Shown here: in pieces, positions 1 through 8,650 of the stretch
How the letters are laid out: each line of letters opens with the position of its first letter
How positions within the stretch are numbered: position 1 is the stretch's first letter
Source: a virus
Taxonomy: Duplodnaviria; Caudoviricetes
Strand: one strand, 5' to 3'
Length of the DNA stretch: 64,000 bases
Virus record (IMG/VR): IMGVR_UViG_3300036376_000009
Coordinates: 1 to 64,000 of that record
Program-made: the position numbers and the translations under genes
The notes under the pieces: generated by a model
Told to the model about the DNA's origin: nothing
What the model saw: the letters and a program-made list of their open reading frames with translations, nothing else
Databases searched by the model: none

Positions 1-513
1 TTGAGCCGCCTCTCGCCAGGCGCCAGCGCCTTCCCCTGCTGGAACGGTCACCCGGAGGACTCCGAGCCCGGCATCGACACGCTCGCGTACTTCGCGGCGC
101 GGGCTCCGCAGACCCCGCAGTGGGACTTCGAGATTGTGGGCCTGCGGCCGCGGCCCAAGTGCTTGATCCCGGCGTCAAAGTCCACGGACGGCGAGCCGGT
201 CTACGAGGGCGGCTTTGGCTCGATCCTCGAGTGGGAGCGCGAGCGGGACCGGATGCGGCTGATGCAGTGGCCGTGGGTGTGGGCGTCCGCCGTGCTCCGC
301 GGGTACGGGCTTGTGCACGCTCGGCAGGCTGCGGCATCGGACGTCGCCCGCCAGCTGCTGACGGCGCTCAAGGACCTGGCGGCGGCCAACCCGCCCTGCT
401 CCGCGGCGATCGGCTCACCGGGCTCGCCGGCCAGAGACGCCTGGGTGGCCCACGTGGACGCGCACAACGCGGCGCTCGCCGCGATCGCACTTGTTGAAGG
501 AGCACCAGGCTGA
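1..513 (+). CDS. Phage hypothetical protein (probably 5'-truncated)
   Basis: ORF from window start; its TGA overlaps the next ATG; GC3-rich codons. Confidence 0.6.
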   Translation: MSRLSPGASAFPCWNGHPEDSEPGIDTLAYFAARAPQTPQWDFEIVGLRPRPKCLIPASKSTDGEPVYEGGFGSILEWERERDRMRLMQWPWVWASAVLRGYGLVHARQAAASDVARQLLTALKDLAAANPPCSAAIGSPGSPARDAWVAHVDAHNAALAAIALVEGAPG

Positions 514-1421
514 TGGACGCACACCTGCTCAAGAAGCGGTACGCGATCGACATCCCCGATCTGCCCGACCAGTCGGGCGGCATCAACGTGGTGACGATCG
601 CCCGCTGGGACACCGAGCTCTACTCCGCTCCCAACGACCACGGGGTCAAGGAGCAGCGCGAGCGGCACCTGCTGTTCTTCAACGAGATCCGCCTGCCGCT
701 GCGGCTCAACAACACCCGGATCGACGTGCTGATCGCGATCCTCGGGCCCGACATGTCGCGATGGCCGGGCCGCAAGGTCGGGCTCTACGTCGGCGCCACG
801 CAGAGCTACGGCCAGACGAAGGCGGGCGTGCTGCTCGACATCCGGGCGCACGACCAGGCCCAGCCGATCCTGCCCGAGCACGTCCGCCGTGGCCAGCTCT
901 CAGGCGGCGCGGGCGGCTCGCCGGCGGGCGGTTGGCACCGTCCGCCGCAGGGCGGGTTCGCCACGCCTGCCGCGATGCTGCCGGGCGCACCGCTGGACAT
1001 GAGGCCGCTGGGGCCGCAGGCGAAAGCCAAGCTGATGGACGGCCTGGTCACCATCGGCGCGACCGTGCCCAACGTCGAGGAGTGGATCGGCGCGCACTAC
1101 CCGCACCTGCTGCCGCACATCCAGGGCAAGGACCCCCACTGGTGGCCGTACGGCGTCGGCCCCGCGATCCGCTCGTTCCTGACCAGTTGGCCCAACGCCC
1201 CCGTGGAGGCTGCGCCGTCGCCCGCTGGGGCGGCCCCGGCGCCGACCCCGCCACCGGTGGCACCACCGCCGCCCCCCGCGCCACAGGCCGCCCAGGCGGC
1301 CGCCACGCCCGTTCCCGTCCCGGCCGTCAACTTCACCGCCGGCACGCGGCCCGCCCCGGCGCGCCCCGCCGCCCAGGGCCCCGTCTACGAGCCCGTCACC
1401 GAGGACGACATCCCGTTTTGA
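513..1421 (+). CDS. Phage protein with SSB-like acidic tail (putative ssDNA-binding/recombination accessory)
   Basis: Globular N-terminus (LRLNNT...WPGRKVGLY), Pro/Ala linker, C-terminal EDDIPF. Confidence 0.6.
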   Translation: MDAHLLKKRYAIDIPDLPDQSGGINVVTIARWDTELYSAPNDHGVKEQRERHLLFFNEIRLPLRLNNTRIDVLIAILGPDMSRWPGRKVGLYVGATQSYGQTKAGVLLDIRAHDQAQPILPEHVRRGQLSGGAGGSPAGGWHRPPQGGFATPAAMLPGAPLDMRPLGPQAKAKLMDGLVTIGATVPNVEEWIGAHYPHLLPHIQGKDPHWWPYGVGPAIRSFLTSWPNAPVEAAPSPAGAAPAPTPPPVAPPPPPAPQAAQAAATPVPVPAVNFTAGTRPAPARPAAQGPVYEPVTEDDIPF

Positions 1422-1495
1422 ACTCCTCCCGCCGGCCGGTCCTGAACACACCCGCGCCGGCATCAGTGGCCTCGCACCCGGTTCGCCGGGCGCGG

Positions 1496-1514
1496 GGCTT
1501 TGCAGACACAGGTT
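1496..1514 (+). repeat. 19-nt leader repeat GGCTTTGCAGACRCAGGTT, copy 1 (follows a hairpin)
   Basis: One mismatch to 2275-2293. Confidence 0.85.
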
Positions 1515-1550
1515 TTTCTTACCGCCGGAACACCGGCAAGGACCGTACCA

Positions 1551-2231
1551 GTGCCCAAACTCACAAGTCGTATCAGCAGGCAAGTGTCGTTCGGATTCCG
1601 CGTCGACTTCAAGGCCGACGTCGAGGTCGTCGCAACAGCCAAGATTCCTACCCGGCTGCGGGAGCACGCCGCCGGCAAGGAGCTCCCCCCCGAGGTCCTG
1701 GCCGACTGCGCCGCGCGTGCGCCGTCCGCCGCCCTGGAGTTCATCGGCAAGGAGCTCCCCCCCGAGGTCCTGGCCGACTGCGCGGCGCGTGAGCCGTACG
1801 CCGCCCTGCGGTTCATCGGCAAGGAGCTCCCCCCCGAGGTCCTGGCCGACTGCGCGGCGCGTGAGCCGTACGCCGCCCTGGAGTTCATCGGCAAGGAGCT
1901 CCCCCCCGAGGTCCTGGCCGACTGCGCGGCGCGTGAGCCGTACGCCGCCCTGGAGTTCATCGGCAAGGAGCTCCCCCCCGAGGTCCTGGCCGACTGCGCG
2001 GCGCGTGCGCCGTACGCCGCCCTGGAGTTCATCGGCAAGGAGCTCCCCCCCGAGGTCCTGGCCGACTGCGCCGCGCGTGCGCCGTCCGCCGCCCTGGAGT
2101 TCATCGGCAAGGAGCTCCCCCCCGAGGTCCTGGCCGACTGCGCGGCGCGTGAGCCGTACGCCGCCCTGCGGTTCATCGGCAAGGAGCTCCCCCCCGAGGT
2201 CCTGGCGTGGGTGAAGGCGCGTACTCGCTGA
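1551..2231 (+). CDS. 24-aa tandem-repeat protein (alpha-solenoid, DUF4116-like repeat)
   Basis: GTG start after an AGGA SD; repeat GKELPPEVLADCAARxPxAALxFI. Confidence 0.75.
   Translation: MPKLTSRISRQVSFGFRVDFKADVEVVATAKIPTRLREHAAGKELPPEVLADCAARAPSAALEFIGKELPPEVLADCAAREPYAALRFIGKELPPEVLADCAAREPYAALEFIGKELPPEVLADCAAREPYAALEFIGKELPPEVLADCAARAPYAALEFIGKELPPEVLADCAARAPSAALEFIGKELPPEVLADCAAREPYAALRFIGKELPPEVLAWVKARTR
1674..2205 (+). repeat. 72-bp coding tandem repeat, 7 full units plus a partial unit
   Basis: Units start at 1674, 1746, 1818, 1890, 1962, 2034, 2106 and 2178 and are near-identical. Confidence 0.97.
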
Positions 2232-2274
2232 TCCCGACCACCTCGCCTCGTGGTGCCCCAAAGGGCACGACCGA

Positions 2275-2293
2275 GGCTTTGCAGACGCAGGTT
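2275..2293 (+). repeat. 19-nt leader repeat GGCTTTGCAGACRCAGGTT, copy 2 (follows a hairpin)
   Basis: One mismatch to 1496-1514. Confidence 0.85.
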
Positions 2294-2334
2294 CGTCACC
2301 TTTCACCGCGGGCGAGTCCCGCAGGGAGTGCACC

Positions 2335-2745
2335 ATGATGTTCTCGCGTAGACCGGGACGGGGCACGGCGCTGCTCGAGCGCCTGGGGATCGTGCTGGCG
2401 GCCGCGGTTGGCCCGGGCATCGTGCTCGGGGCGGTCGCGCTGATGATCGTGAGCTCGTGCAGCAGCCGCGCCGCCGCCGCGGCCGAGCCCGCGGAGGTCG
2501 ACCCGCTCGGGCTGTACCCGGGCTGCCGGTTCGCGGTGGTCTTCTTCGACGGCAGCTACATGCTGTGCCGCGACGCCGACGAGGCCGCGGACGTGTTCGC
2601 CCGGTTCCCGTACCTCGCCGACTCGGTTCGCCGGATGGGCGACCTTGACCAGGACCCCGACTTGTGCGGCTGGTTCCAGTACCACTTCAGCCGCTCGCGC
2701 CCGCGCCTCACCCTCCACATCGTCTCCGCGGGCGCCGAGGGCTGA
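2335..2745 (+). CDS. Membrane-anchored phage protein, paralog of 47957-48373
   Basis: N-terminal hydrophobic segment; C-terminal domain nearly identical to the phage B copy. Confidence 0.85.
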   Translation: MMFSRRPGRGTALLERLGIVLAAAVGPGIVLGAVALMIVSSCSSRAAAAAEPAEVDPLGLYPGCRFAVVFFDGSYMLCRDADEAADVFARFPYLADSVRRMGDLDQDPDLCGWFQYHFSRSRPRLTLHIVSAGAEG

Positions 2746-2803
2746 GCCCCTCGAGCGCCCATCGCCGCGGCGCTCGCCGCGGGCACCCCTGACCGCTGCC
2801 CAC

Positions 2804-3868
2804 ATGCTCGACCCCGTCTCCAATCAGCCCGCGCCCGCGGCGCCAGCGCCGCAGCAGCACACGACCGTCATCACCGGCGACCAGCCGGTGGCCCAGGTCA
2901 TCTTTGCCGCCCCGGCCGACGACGGGCGGTGGTTCCGTCTCTTGAACTCGCTCATCGACAGCGGCGCCTGGGGCCGGCTGTCTGACTCCGCGTGCAGGAC
3001 GCTCGTGGTCCTCGCGCGGCACGCGTCCGCCGACGGCACCTCTTTGCCGAAGATGGCGACGCTCATGGCCCAATCTGGCCTGTCGAAGTCCGCGACGTAC
3101 GAGGCTCTCAAGGAGCTGCAGGCCGGGGACCGCCCGCTCATCCGCAAAATCCCCACGGGCCGGGCCTGGGAGCTGTTCCCCGGCCGCCCGTTTGCTCGCC
3201 GTGGCCGGCCAGGGCGGGAGGCGGCGGAAAGAACGCCCCCGCCCGGTCGGCCGTTTCTGTCCGCCGGGGCGGACCCGCCCGCGGGGGCCGAGTCCGCCGC
3301 GGCGGACGAACATTCCGCCGCGGCGGAAAAACAGTCCGCCACGGCGGACCTGCTCTTAAGACGTCAGACTCAAGACGTCGTCGTCGACACGTTTGACGAC
3401 GGCGACGACGTCGACGCCGAGCTCGTGCGAAGGCTCGAGCGGATCGGCATCCGACGCGGGGACGTCCCCGACCTGGTCCGCCGGCACGGCCTGCGCTCGG
3501 TCGAGACCGCGGCGGCGAACACCGAGTGGAAGCGGGACGCCCGCGAGATCCGGACCACGCCCCGGCAGTACTTCTTCACCGCCCTGAAGTCGGGCTTCCC
3601 GCTCTTCGCCGAGGTCGAGCGCCGGCAGCAGCGCGAGGCGCAGGCCCTCGAGGTCGCCCAGCTGCTGTGCCGCACGGTCCGCCCGCACCTGGACGACCAG
3701 CAGCTGGACCTCATCGAGCGCGGGCTCAAGAGCTGGCGCGGGGCTGCCAGGGCGGCGAGGTTCGCCACGGCCGCCGACGTGCAGCGGGTGGTCGAGAGGG
3801 GCGAGGCGCCGGCCCTGGCGGCGTGGCTGGTCGAGCGTGCGGCGCAGGCCGCGGAGGTGCGATCGTGA
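2804..3868 (+). CDS. HTH-domain replication initiator-like protein
   Basis: wHTH-like segment LSDSACRTLVVLARH...GLSKSATYEALKEL; internal iteron-like repeats. Confidence 0.7.
   Translation: MLDPVSNQPAPAAPAPQQHTTVITGDQPVAQVIFAAPADDGRWFRLLNSLIDSGAWGRLSDSACRTLVVLARHASADGTSLPKMATLMAQSGLSKSATYEALKELQAGDRPLIRKIPTGRAWELFPGRPFARRGRPGREAAERTPPPGRPFLSAGADPPAGAESAAADEHSAAAEKQSATADLLLRRQTQDVVVDTFDDGDDVDAELVRRLERIGIRRGDVPDLVRRHGLRSVETAAANTEWKRDAREIRTTPRQYFFTALKSGFPLFAEVERRQQREAQALEVAQLLCRTVRPHLDDQQLDLIERGLKSWRGAARAARFATAADVQRVVERGEAPALAAWLVERAAQAAEVRS
3260..3348. repeat. Iteron-like palindromic repeats TCCGCCNCGGCGGA-type x4 (putative origin of phage A)
   Basis: Copies at 3260, 3293, 3314 and 3335 (spacing 33, 21, 21). 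Confidence 0.7.
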
Positions 3869-4083
3869 TTGACATCAACATCGCCGGCGGTCCGAAGGTC
3901 CGGATCGAGATCCAGAACTGGACCCGGTTCCACGAGGTGCAGGTGGTGGTGACCGACCAAGGCCCGGGCCACCGGGGCATCACCCCGGAGCAGGCGCTCG
4001 CCATCGCGGGGGCCATCGAGCACGCGGCGCGGCAGGCGCTGCGGCAGGCCGGGCAGCAGGGGTCGGCGCTGGGGAAGACGTGA
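3865..4083 (+). CDS. Hypothetical protein
   Basis: GTG overlaps the upstream stop; GGAGG SD. Confidence 0.65.
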   Translation: MIDINIAGGPKVRIEIQNWTRFHEVQVVVTDQGPGHRGITPEQALAIAGAIEHAARQALRQAGQQGSALGKT

Positions 4084-4086
4084 TCA

Positions 4087-4167
4087 GGCCGGCAGGGGCA
4101 GACGGGCGGGCTTCTCCGATTCACCGCCCCGGAACGGGCCCCCGGGCGTTCGAGGCGCAAGCCGGCC
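4087..4167 (+). ncRNA. Candidate structured RNA motif, copy 1 of 3
   Basis: GGCCGG/CCGGCC, GGGGC/GCCCC and GGGCGG/CCGCCC stems plus a TCGAG-loop hairpin; homologous to 47819 and 48380. Confidence 0.6.
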
Positions 4168-4204
4168 ATTGGCAGCGGGTGGTGGTGGGGTGAAGGAGCA
4201 CAGC

Positions 4205-4756
4205 GTGAGCAAGCAGACTGCGAAGGACAACTGGCACGAGAGCTACCGCGAGAAGGCGTTCAGCCTGGCGGTGTCGAACCGCATCCGGTACCTGACCTGG
4301 AAGCGCCAGCGCCTGCTGGACGAGCGTGGCGAGGCGTTCGACGAGCGCGACAACCTGCTGGTCGACATCTCGGGCACCAAGGACAAGGCCGAGCTGCAGC
4401 GGCTCAAGAGCGAGCACTCGGACGTGGTCCGCCGGATCGATGACCTGAAGAAGTCGATCGCCTGGCACGACACCGAGCTCGCCCGCGCCATCAAGAACGC
4501 CGACGACGCCAAGCTCTTCGAGGACGCGGCGATCCCCGAGCCGCCCAAGGAGCTCTTCACGCCCAAGGCCAAGGAGCACAAGGGCGAGGACCAGCCGGCC
4601 CGCGACCCCGCCAAGGACGACGACCGCGAGACCGGCAAGCTGCCCGTGGGCGTTCCCGACGAGGACGAGCCGGCGGCCCCGCCCGCCCGCGCCGGCGCCC
4701 CGCTCCAGGAGAAGCCCGTCGACTCCGGCGGCCGCCGCAAGCGGAACGCCAGCTGA
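4205..4756 (+). CDS. Coiled-coil hypothetical protein
   Basis: GTG after AAGGAG; charged helical sequence. Confidence 0.75.
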   Translation: MSKQTAKDNWHESYREKAFSLAVSNRIRYLTWKRQRLLDERGEAFDERDNLLVDISGTKDKAELQRLKSEHSDVVRRIDDLKKSIAWHDTELARAIKNADDAKLFEDAAIPEPPKELFTPKAKEHKGEDQPARDPAKDDDRETGKLPVGVPDEDEPAAPPARAGAPLQEKPVDSGGRRKRNAS

Positions 4757-4795
4757 CGCCGTGAACGCCCGCACCACCCCACCAGGAGACAACGC

Positions 4796-6571
4796 ATGGC
4801 CGCGACGAAGACCAAGAAGCCCAAGAGCGCCGTCCCGCCGGCGGCGAAGCTGCCGCCGATCGAGGTGGCGAAGAACCTGCCCACGCTGGTGTCAGGCCAG
4901 TATGAGCTAAAGAACCTGTGGTTTGACACGAAGTCGGATCGCGACCCCGCGCTTGAGGAGCGGGAGATTCGAGCGCTGGCCGAGTCGATCGCCGTGCGGG
5001 GGCAGCTGCAGCCGGTGCTCATCACCCGCTTTGGCGCGCCGGCCGACAAGTGGCGGGTGGTGGCGGGCCGGCGCCGCGTGCGGGCCATGCGCGACGTGCT
5101 GAAGCTCGGGTGGTGCGACGCCACGGCCATGGACCTCAACTCCGAGGCCGATGTCCTGGCCGCGCGGGAGACCGAGAACCTGCAGCGGCAGGACCTCAAC
5201 CCGGCCGAGGAGGCCACGGCCGTCGCCAACCTGCTTGAGGCGGTGGCTCAGGAGGCGTTGTGTTTGGGCAAGGGGTACAGGCCCGACCAGATCGATAGGA
5301 CGATCCCGGCTGCGGAGCTGCTCGCAGACGCGACGATCAAAGCCAAGGCCATCGAGCTCGTCGCGGCCCGCCTGGCGAAGTCGCCGACCTGGGTGCGCGA
5401 CCGGGCGTTCCTGGACCAGCTCGACGGCTACGCCCGCGAGCTGGTCCTGTCGGGCGACCTGCCCCTGGCGAGCGCCCGGCTCATCGCCCAGGTCGCCGAC
5501 CCCGAGGCCCGGGAAGAGCTCGCCAGCAAGGCCTCGGCCAGGGCGGCGTACGACGGGCGCCCCATGGCGGTGGACCTGGTCCGCGTGCGCGTCGCGGAGT
5601 ACCTGTACTCGCTGCGCGAGGTCCCCTGGAAGCTGGACGTCCCGTTCGCGGGCAAGCCGGCGTGCACCACGTGCGAGTTCAACTCGAAGAACTCGCCCGG
5701 CCTCTTCGAGGATGGGCGGGCACGGGTCAGCGTCCGGCACAACGGGACGACCAACGCCGAGGGCGCCGGCGTGTGCACGCAGCACGCGTGCTGGCGCCAC
5801 AAGAACAGCGCCGCGGGAGCCGCCCTGGCGAAGGCGGCGAAGAAGGCCGAGGCCGCGGTCCTGACCGTGAAGGGCAAGCCCACCGAGGCCCTGGTCAAGG
5901 CCAAGGCCTCGGAGGCGGCGCCGGCGTTCATCCGGCCGGCGGCGGTCCGCGAGCGGGCGCAGTCCCGTCTGGACGCGGGCCGCACGCGCAAGCACGAGGA
6001 GAGCCGGGCGGCGCCCAAGACCAGCGAGACCGAGTCTTCGCTGCGGCGCCAGGCAGAGTGGAAGCTCACGGACGCGCTGCGGGAGTGGGTGGACAAGCAG
6101 CTCAACCCCGCGATGCAGCGGTGGCTGGCCGCCAGGCCCGGCGCGTGGCCGCTCTTCGTACTGCTCCAGGAGCACGAGATGTGGCACAAGATCCCCGGCC
6201 AGCACGGGGCCAAGGTGCTGCAGACGCCCGGGTGGCGGTCCCTGGTCGGCCTGCTCAAGCAGCCCAGCTGGGATGGTCTGCTCCAGCTCGAGCGCGGCGG
6301 GAAGCGGATGTACGGGCTGCTCGAGGTCAGCGACGCCCGCAGCGGCATCGCGCAGTCGCTCATCGAGATCCTGGGCGTCGAGGTCGCCAAGCCGCCGACG
6401 ATCGACAAGTTCCTCCCGCCCGAGCTGCGGGCCAAGGACGCCGCCAAGCCCGCGCCGCCGGCCAAGGCCCGCAAACCCGGGCCCGCCAAGCCGCACTCGC
6501 CTGACGACGACGACCCCGGCCAGATGGGCGGCGGGGACGCCGCGGGCGCCGACGACGAGGAGGACGCCTGA
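4796..6571 (+). CDS. ParB/RepB/Spo0J family protein with Cys-rich C-terminal region
   Basis: LAESIAVRGQLQPV...VAGRRR...ENLQRQDL; CTTC...CTQHAC cluster. Confidence 0.9.
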   Translation: MAATKTKKPKSAVPPAAKLPPIEVAKNLPTLVSGQYELKNLWFDTKSDRDPALEEREIRALAESIAVRGQLQPVLITRFGAPADKWRVVAGRRRVRAMRDVLKLGWCDATAMDLNSEADVLAARETENLQRQDLNPAEEATAVANLLEAVAQEALCLGKGYRPDQIDRTIPAAELLADATIKAKAIELVAARLAKSPTWVRDRAFLDQLDGYARELVLSGDLPLASARLIAQVADPEAREELASKASARAAYDGRPMAVDLVRVRVAEYLYSLREVPWKLDVPFAGKPACTTCEFNSKNSPGLFEDGRARVSVRHNGTTNAEGAGVCTQHACWRHKNSAAGAALAKAAKKAEAAVLTVKGKPTEALVKAKASEAAPAFIRPAAVRERAQSRLDAGRTRKHEESRAAPKTSETESSLRRQAEWKLTDALREWVDKQLNPAMQRWLAARPGAWPLFVLLQEHEMWHKIPGQHGAKVLQTPGWRSLVGLLKQPSWDGLLQLERGGKRMYGLLEVSDARSGIAQSLIEILGVEVAKPPTIDKFLPPELRAKDAAKPAPPAKARKPGPAKPHSPDDDDPGQMGGGDAAGADDEEDA

Positions 6572-6891
6572 TGCCCCCCAAGTGCCCGCACTGCGGCCAC
6601 GAGCTCCTGTGCAACCCCGGGCTGACCGAGAGGGTGCAGTGCCTGCACTGCGGGTACCCGACCAAGCGCACGCCCGCGAGCCCGGCGCCGGCGAAGCGGT
6701 CGGACGTCGAGCGCTTGCGCGACGTGGCCGACGCAGCGACGTCGGTGTGGCTCGCCAGGCTGGCGGTGATGCGGATCACCGCGTCGGACAAGGACGGGGC
6801 CGACGCGCAGTTCGAGGCGGTCGAGCACCTCAACCAGGCCCGAAAGCACTTCCAGGACGCCGGGATCCCCTGGCCGGAGATGGTCCAATGA
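6571..6891 (+). CDS. Zn-ribbon protein
   Basis: CPHC...CLHC motifs. Confidence 0.75.
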   Translation: MPPKCPHCGHELLCNPGLTERVQCLHCGYPTKRTPASPAPAKRSDVERLRDVADAATSVWLARLAVMRITASDKDGADAQFEAVEHLNQARKHFQDAGIPWPEMVQ

Positions 6892-7226
6892 AAGACGAGC
6901 ACCACCCCAACCCAAGCGTCGTGCGGAGCGACGTTCGACTCGCAGAGCTGCTGTGCCCCGACAACGGCATGATGATCATCGCCCGCGCCGAGTCGGTCGC
7001 CTTCGAGGCCAAGTCGCTGTCGGACACCGAGGACCTGAACGCGCGGCGGATCGCGCAGGCCATGGTGGCGATCTCGAAGCACATCGCGTTCATGGCCCAA
7101 ATCACGGGCAAGACCGTGGAGGAGTGGCAAGCGCGGATCGAGGCGCACGCCACCGAGCTCGCGCGGGTGCCGTTTGACGAACACTCGACGTGGGCCACCC
7201 AGGCCAAGCCCTCGGAGGGCCGATGA
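6888..7226 (+). CDS. Hypothetical protein
   Basis: ATGA overlap coupling; GC3-rich codons. Confidence 0.65.
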   Translation: MKDEHHPNPSVVRSDVRLAELLCPDNGMMIIARAESVAFEAKSLSDTEDLNARRIAQAMVAISKHIAFMAQITGKTVEEWQARIEAHATELARVPFDEHSTWATQAKPSEGR

Positions 7227-7579
7227 TGACTGGGTTCTTTCGCAAGCCGGCGGTCCCGCCGCGGCGCCGGCCGATCCACGGGCCGCCAGCGGACCTGAAG
7301 AGCCGCCCGCTGCTCGACCAGGAGCAGTACTGGCTGACCCGGTTGCAGTCGGTGCTCAACGGTGATGAGTTTCACCTGGGGGAGGCGACGTACTGCCGGG
7401 TCGAGCTGCTCGCCGTGGCCGCCAAGCGGCGTGCGGTGGCCGAGGCCGCGGCCAACGAACTCGAGCGCCAGCTCCGTCGCATCCACCGGGCGTTCGAGGC
7501 GCAGGACCAGCCGCAGCTGCTCGCACGCGTGCGGGAGATCCCGGCGCTGCTGGCCAAGCACCAGGAGCGCGACTCATGA
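7223..7579 (+). CDS. Hypothetical protein
   Basis: Coupled ORF with SD. Confidence 0.65.
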   Translation: MMTGFFRKPAVPPRRRPIHGPPADLKSRPLLDQEQYWLTRLQSVLNGDEFHLGEATYCRVELLAVAAKRRAVAEAAANELERQLRRIHRAFEAQDQPQLLARVREIPALLAKHQERDS

Positions 7580-8226
7580 GCACCGGAGAACGTCTGCCCA
7601 TCGAGCGGGCCGAGGCCGCCGCGGGCGCCATCTTCCGCATGTGGGGCCTGAGCGAGCCGTACTACCAGGTGGTCGGCTCGATCCGCCGCCGGCGCCCCAC
7701 CGTGGGCGACATCGAGATCATCGGCCCGGCCCAGCCCGAGGGGGAGTCCGCGGGGCTGTTCTCGGGCGGCGCGTGCGACACCCTGCACGACGCGATCGCC
7801 GCGAGCGTGGCCAAGGGGCGCGTCGAAGTGGTCCGCGGGCTCAAGCCGCACTTCCTGGCGTGCTCGCTGCTGGTGAAGCTCAAGGACACGCAGGCGGGCA
7901 CGTTGCTGCGGTTCCCGCTCGACGTGTTCCGCTACGCCGCGGACGGGTCCAACCGCGGGTGGATCGAGCTCATGCGCACGGGCCCGAGCGAGCTGGGGAT
8001 CTTGTTCCTGGCCCGGTGGAAGTTCGTGCACGGGATCAGCCCCGAGGGCAAGGCCTCGATCGACGGCCATCTGGTGGACGCGCTGGGCAACCGGATCGCC
8101 ACGCCCGACGAGCTCACGTGCTGGGAGAAGTGCGACCTGCGGTACGTCGAGCCCGAGCGCCGCGACGAGTACACCGAGGCCTGGAAGCGCCGCGAGATGA
8201 CCTCGCGGCGGGAGGTGCTGCGATGA
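7576..8226 (+). CDS. Minimal PolX/Pol-beta-like nucleotidyltransferase
   Basis: VGSIRRRRPTVGDIEI, LDVF and RTGP motifs. Confidence 0.8.
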   Translation: MSTGERLPIERAEAAAGAIFRMWGLSEPYYQVVGSIRRRRPTVGDIEIIGPAQPEGESAGLFSGGACDTLHDAIAASVAKGRVEVVRGLKPHFLACSLLVKLKDTQAGTLLRFPLDVFRYAADGSNRGWIELMRTGPSELGILFLARWKFVHGISPEGKASIDGHLVDALGNRIATPDELTCWEKCDLRYVEPERRDEYTEAWKRREMTSRREVLR

Positions 8227-8423
8227 AGATCGATTTTGGTAACGGGTGCCAAGCCGAGGTCGACAGTGGTCATCTTGACGGCGAGAGAGGGGTTGATGTG
8301 TTCGTCGGCAGTGGCGAGGTCGAGCCTTTCTTCATGCTGCCGGAAGAGGCTCTCGTTCTCGCGGAGGCGATCCGGCAGTGCGCGATGTTGGCCATGCACG
8401 TGCGCAGCGGAGAGAAGAAGTGA
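8223..8423 (+). CDS. Small hypothetical protein
   Basis: GGAGG SD; overlap coupling. Confidence 0.55.
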   Translation: MKIDFGNGCQAEVDSGHLDGERGVDVFVGSGEVEPFFMLPEEALVLAEAIRQCAMLAMHVRSGEKK

Positions 8424-8650
8424 CCTACGCCGACCGCACCGGCCCATCTCGCGTCGCCCTGGTGCTGCGTTCCAAGGCGATGCAGATCCTGGTCGAGAAG
8501 ATCCACGGCGGGCCCCGCGTCGCGGAGTTCACGCTGTACGAGCTGCTCGAGCTCGCCAACACGATCGACCCGCAGCATCGCATGGGCGTGGCCGAGGCGC
8601 TCGCCGCGGCCAGGCGCACCGTCCGGGACCGGCCAGGAGCCCGTCTGTGA
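8420..8650 (+). CDS. Small hypothetical protein
   Basis: GTGA overlap coupling. Confidence 0.6.
   Translation: MTYADRTGPSRVALVLRSKAMQILVEKIHGGPRVAEFTLYELLELANTIDPQHRMGVAEALAAARRTVRDRPGARL

Noticed and set aside
1674-2205. 72-bp repeats as a CRISPR/TIGR array or DGR template
   Set aside because: They are in-frame coding repeats with no unique spacers. Variation is not restricted to adenines, and there is no RT, Cas or Nop-domain gene in the window.
4087-4167. Three-copy motif as an HDV-like/theta or hammerhead ribozyme, or a cobalamin or c-di-AMP riboswitch
   Set aside because: The GGCCGG start and GGAACGG are only superficial matches. The fold is nested, and the pseudoknot and catalytic or ligand core sequences are missing.
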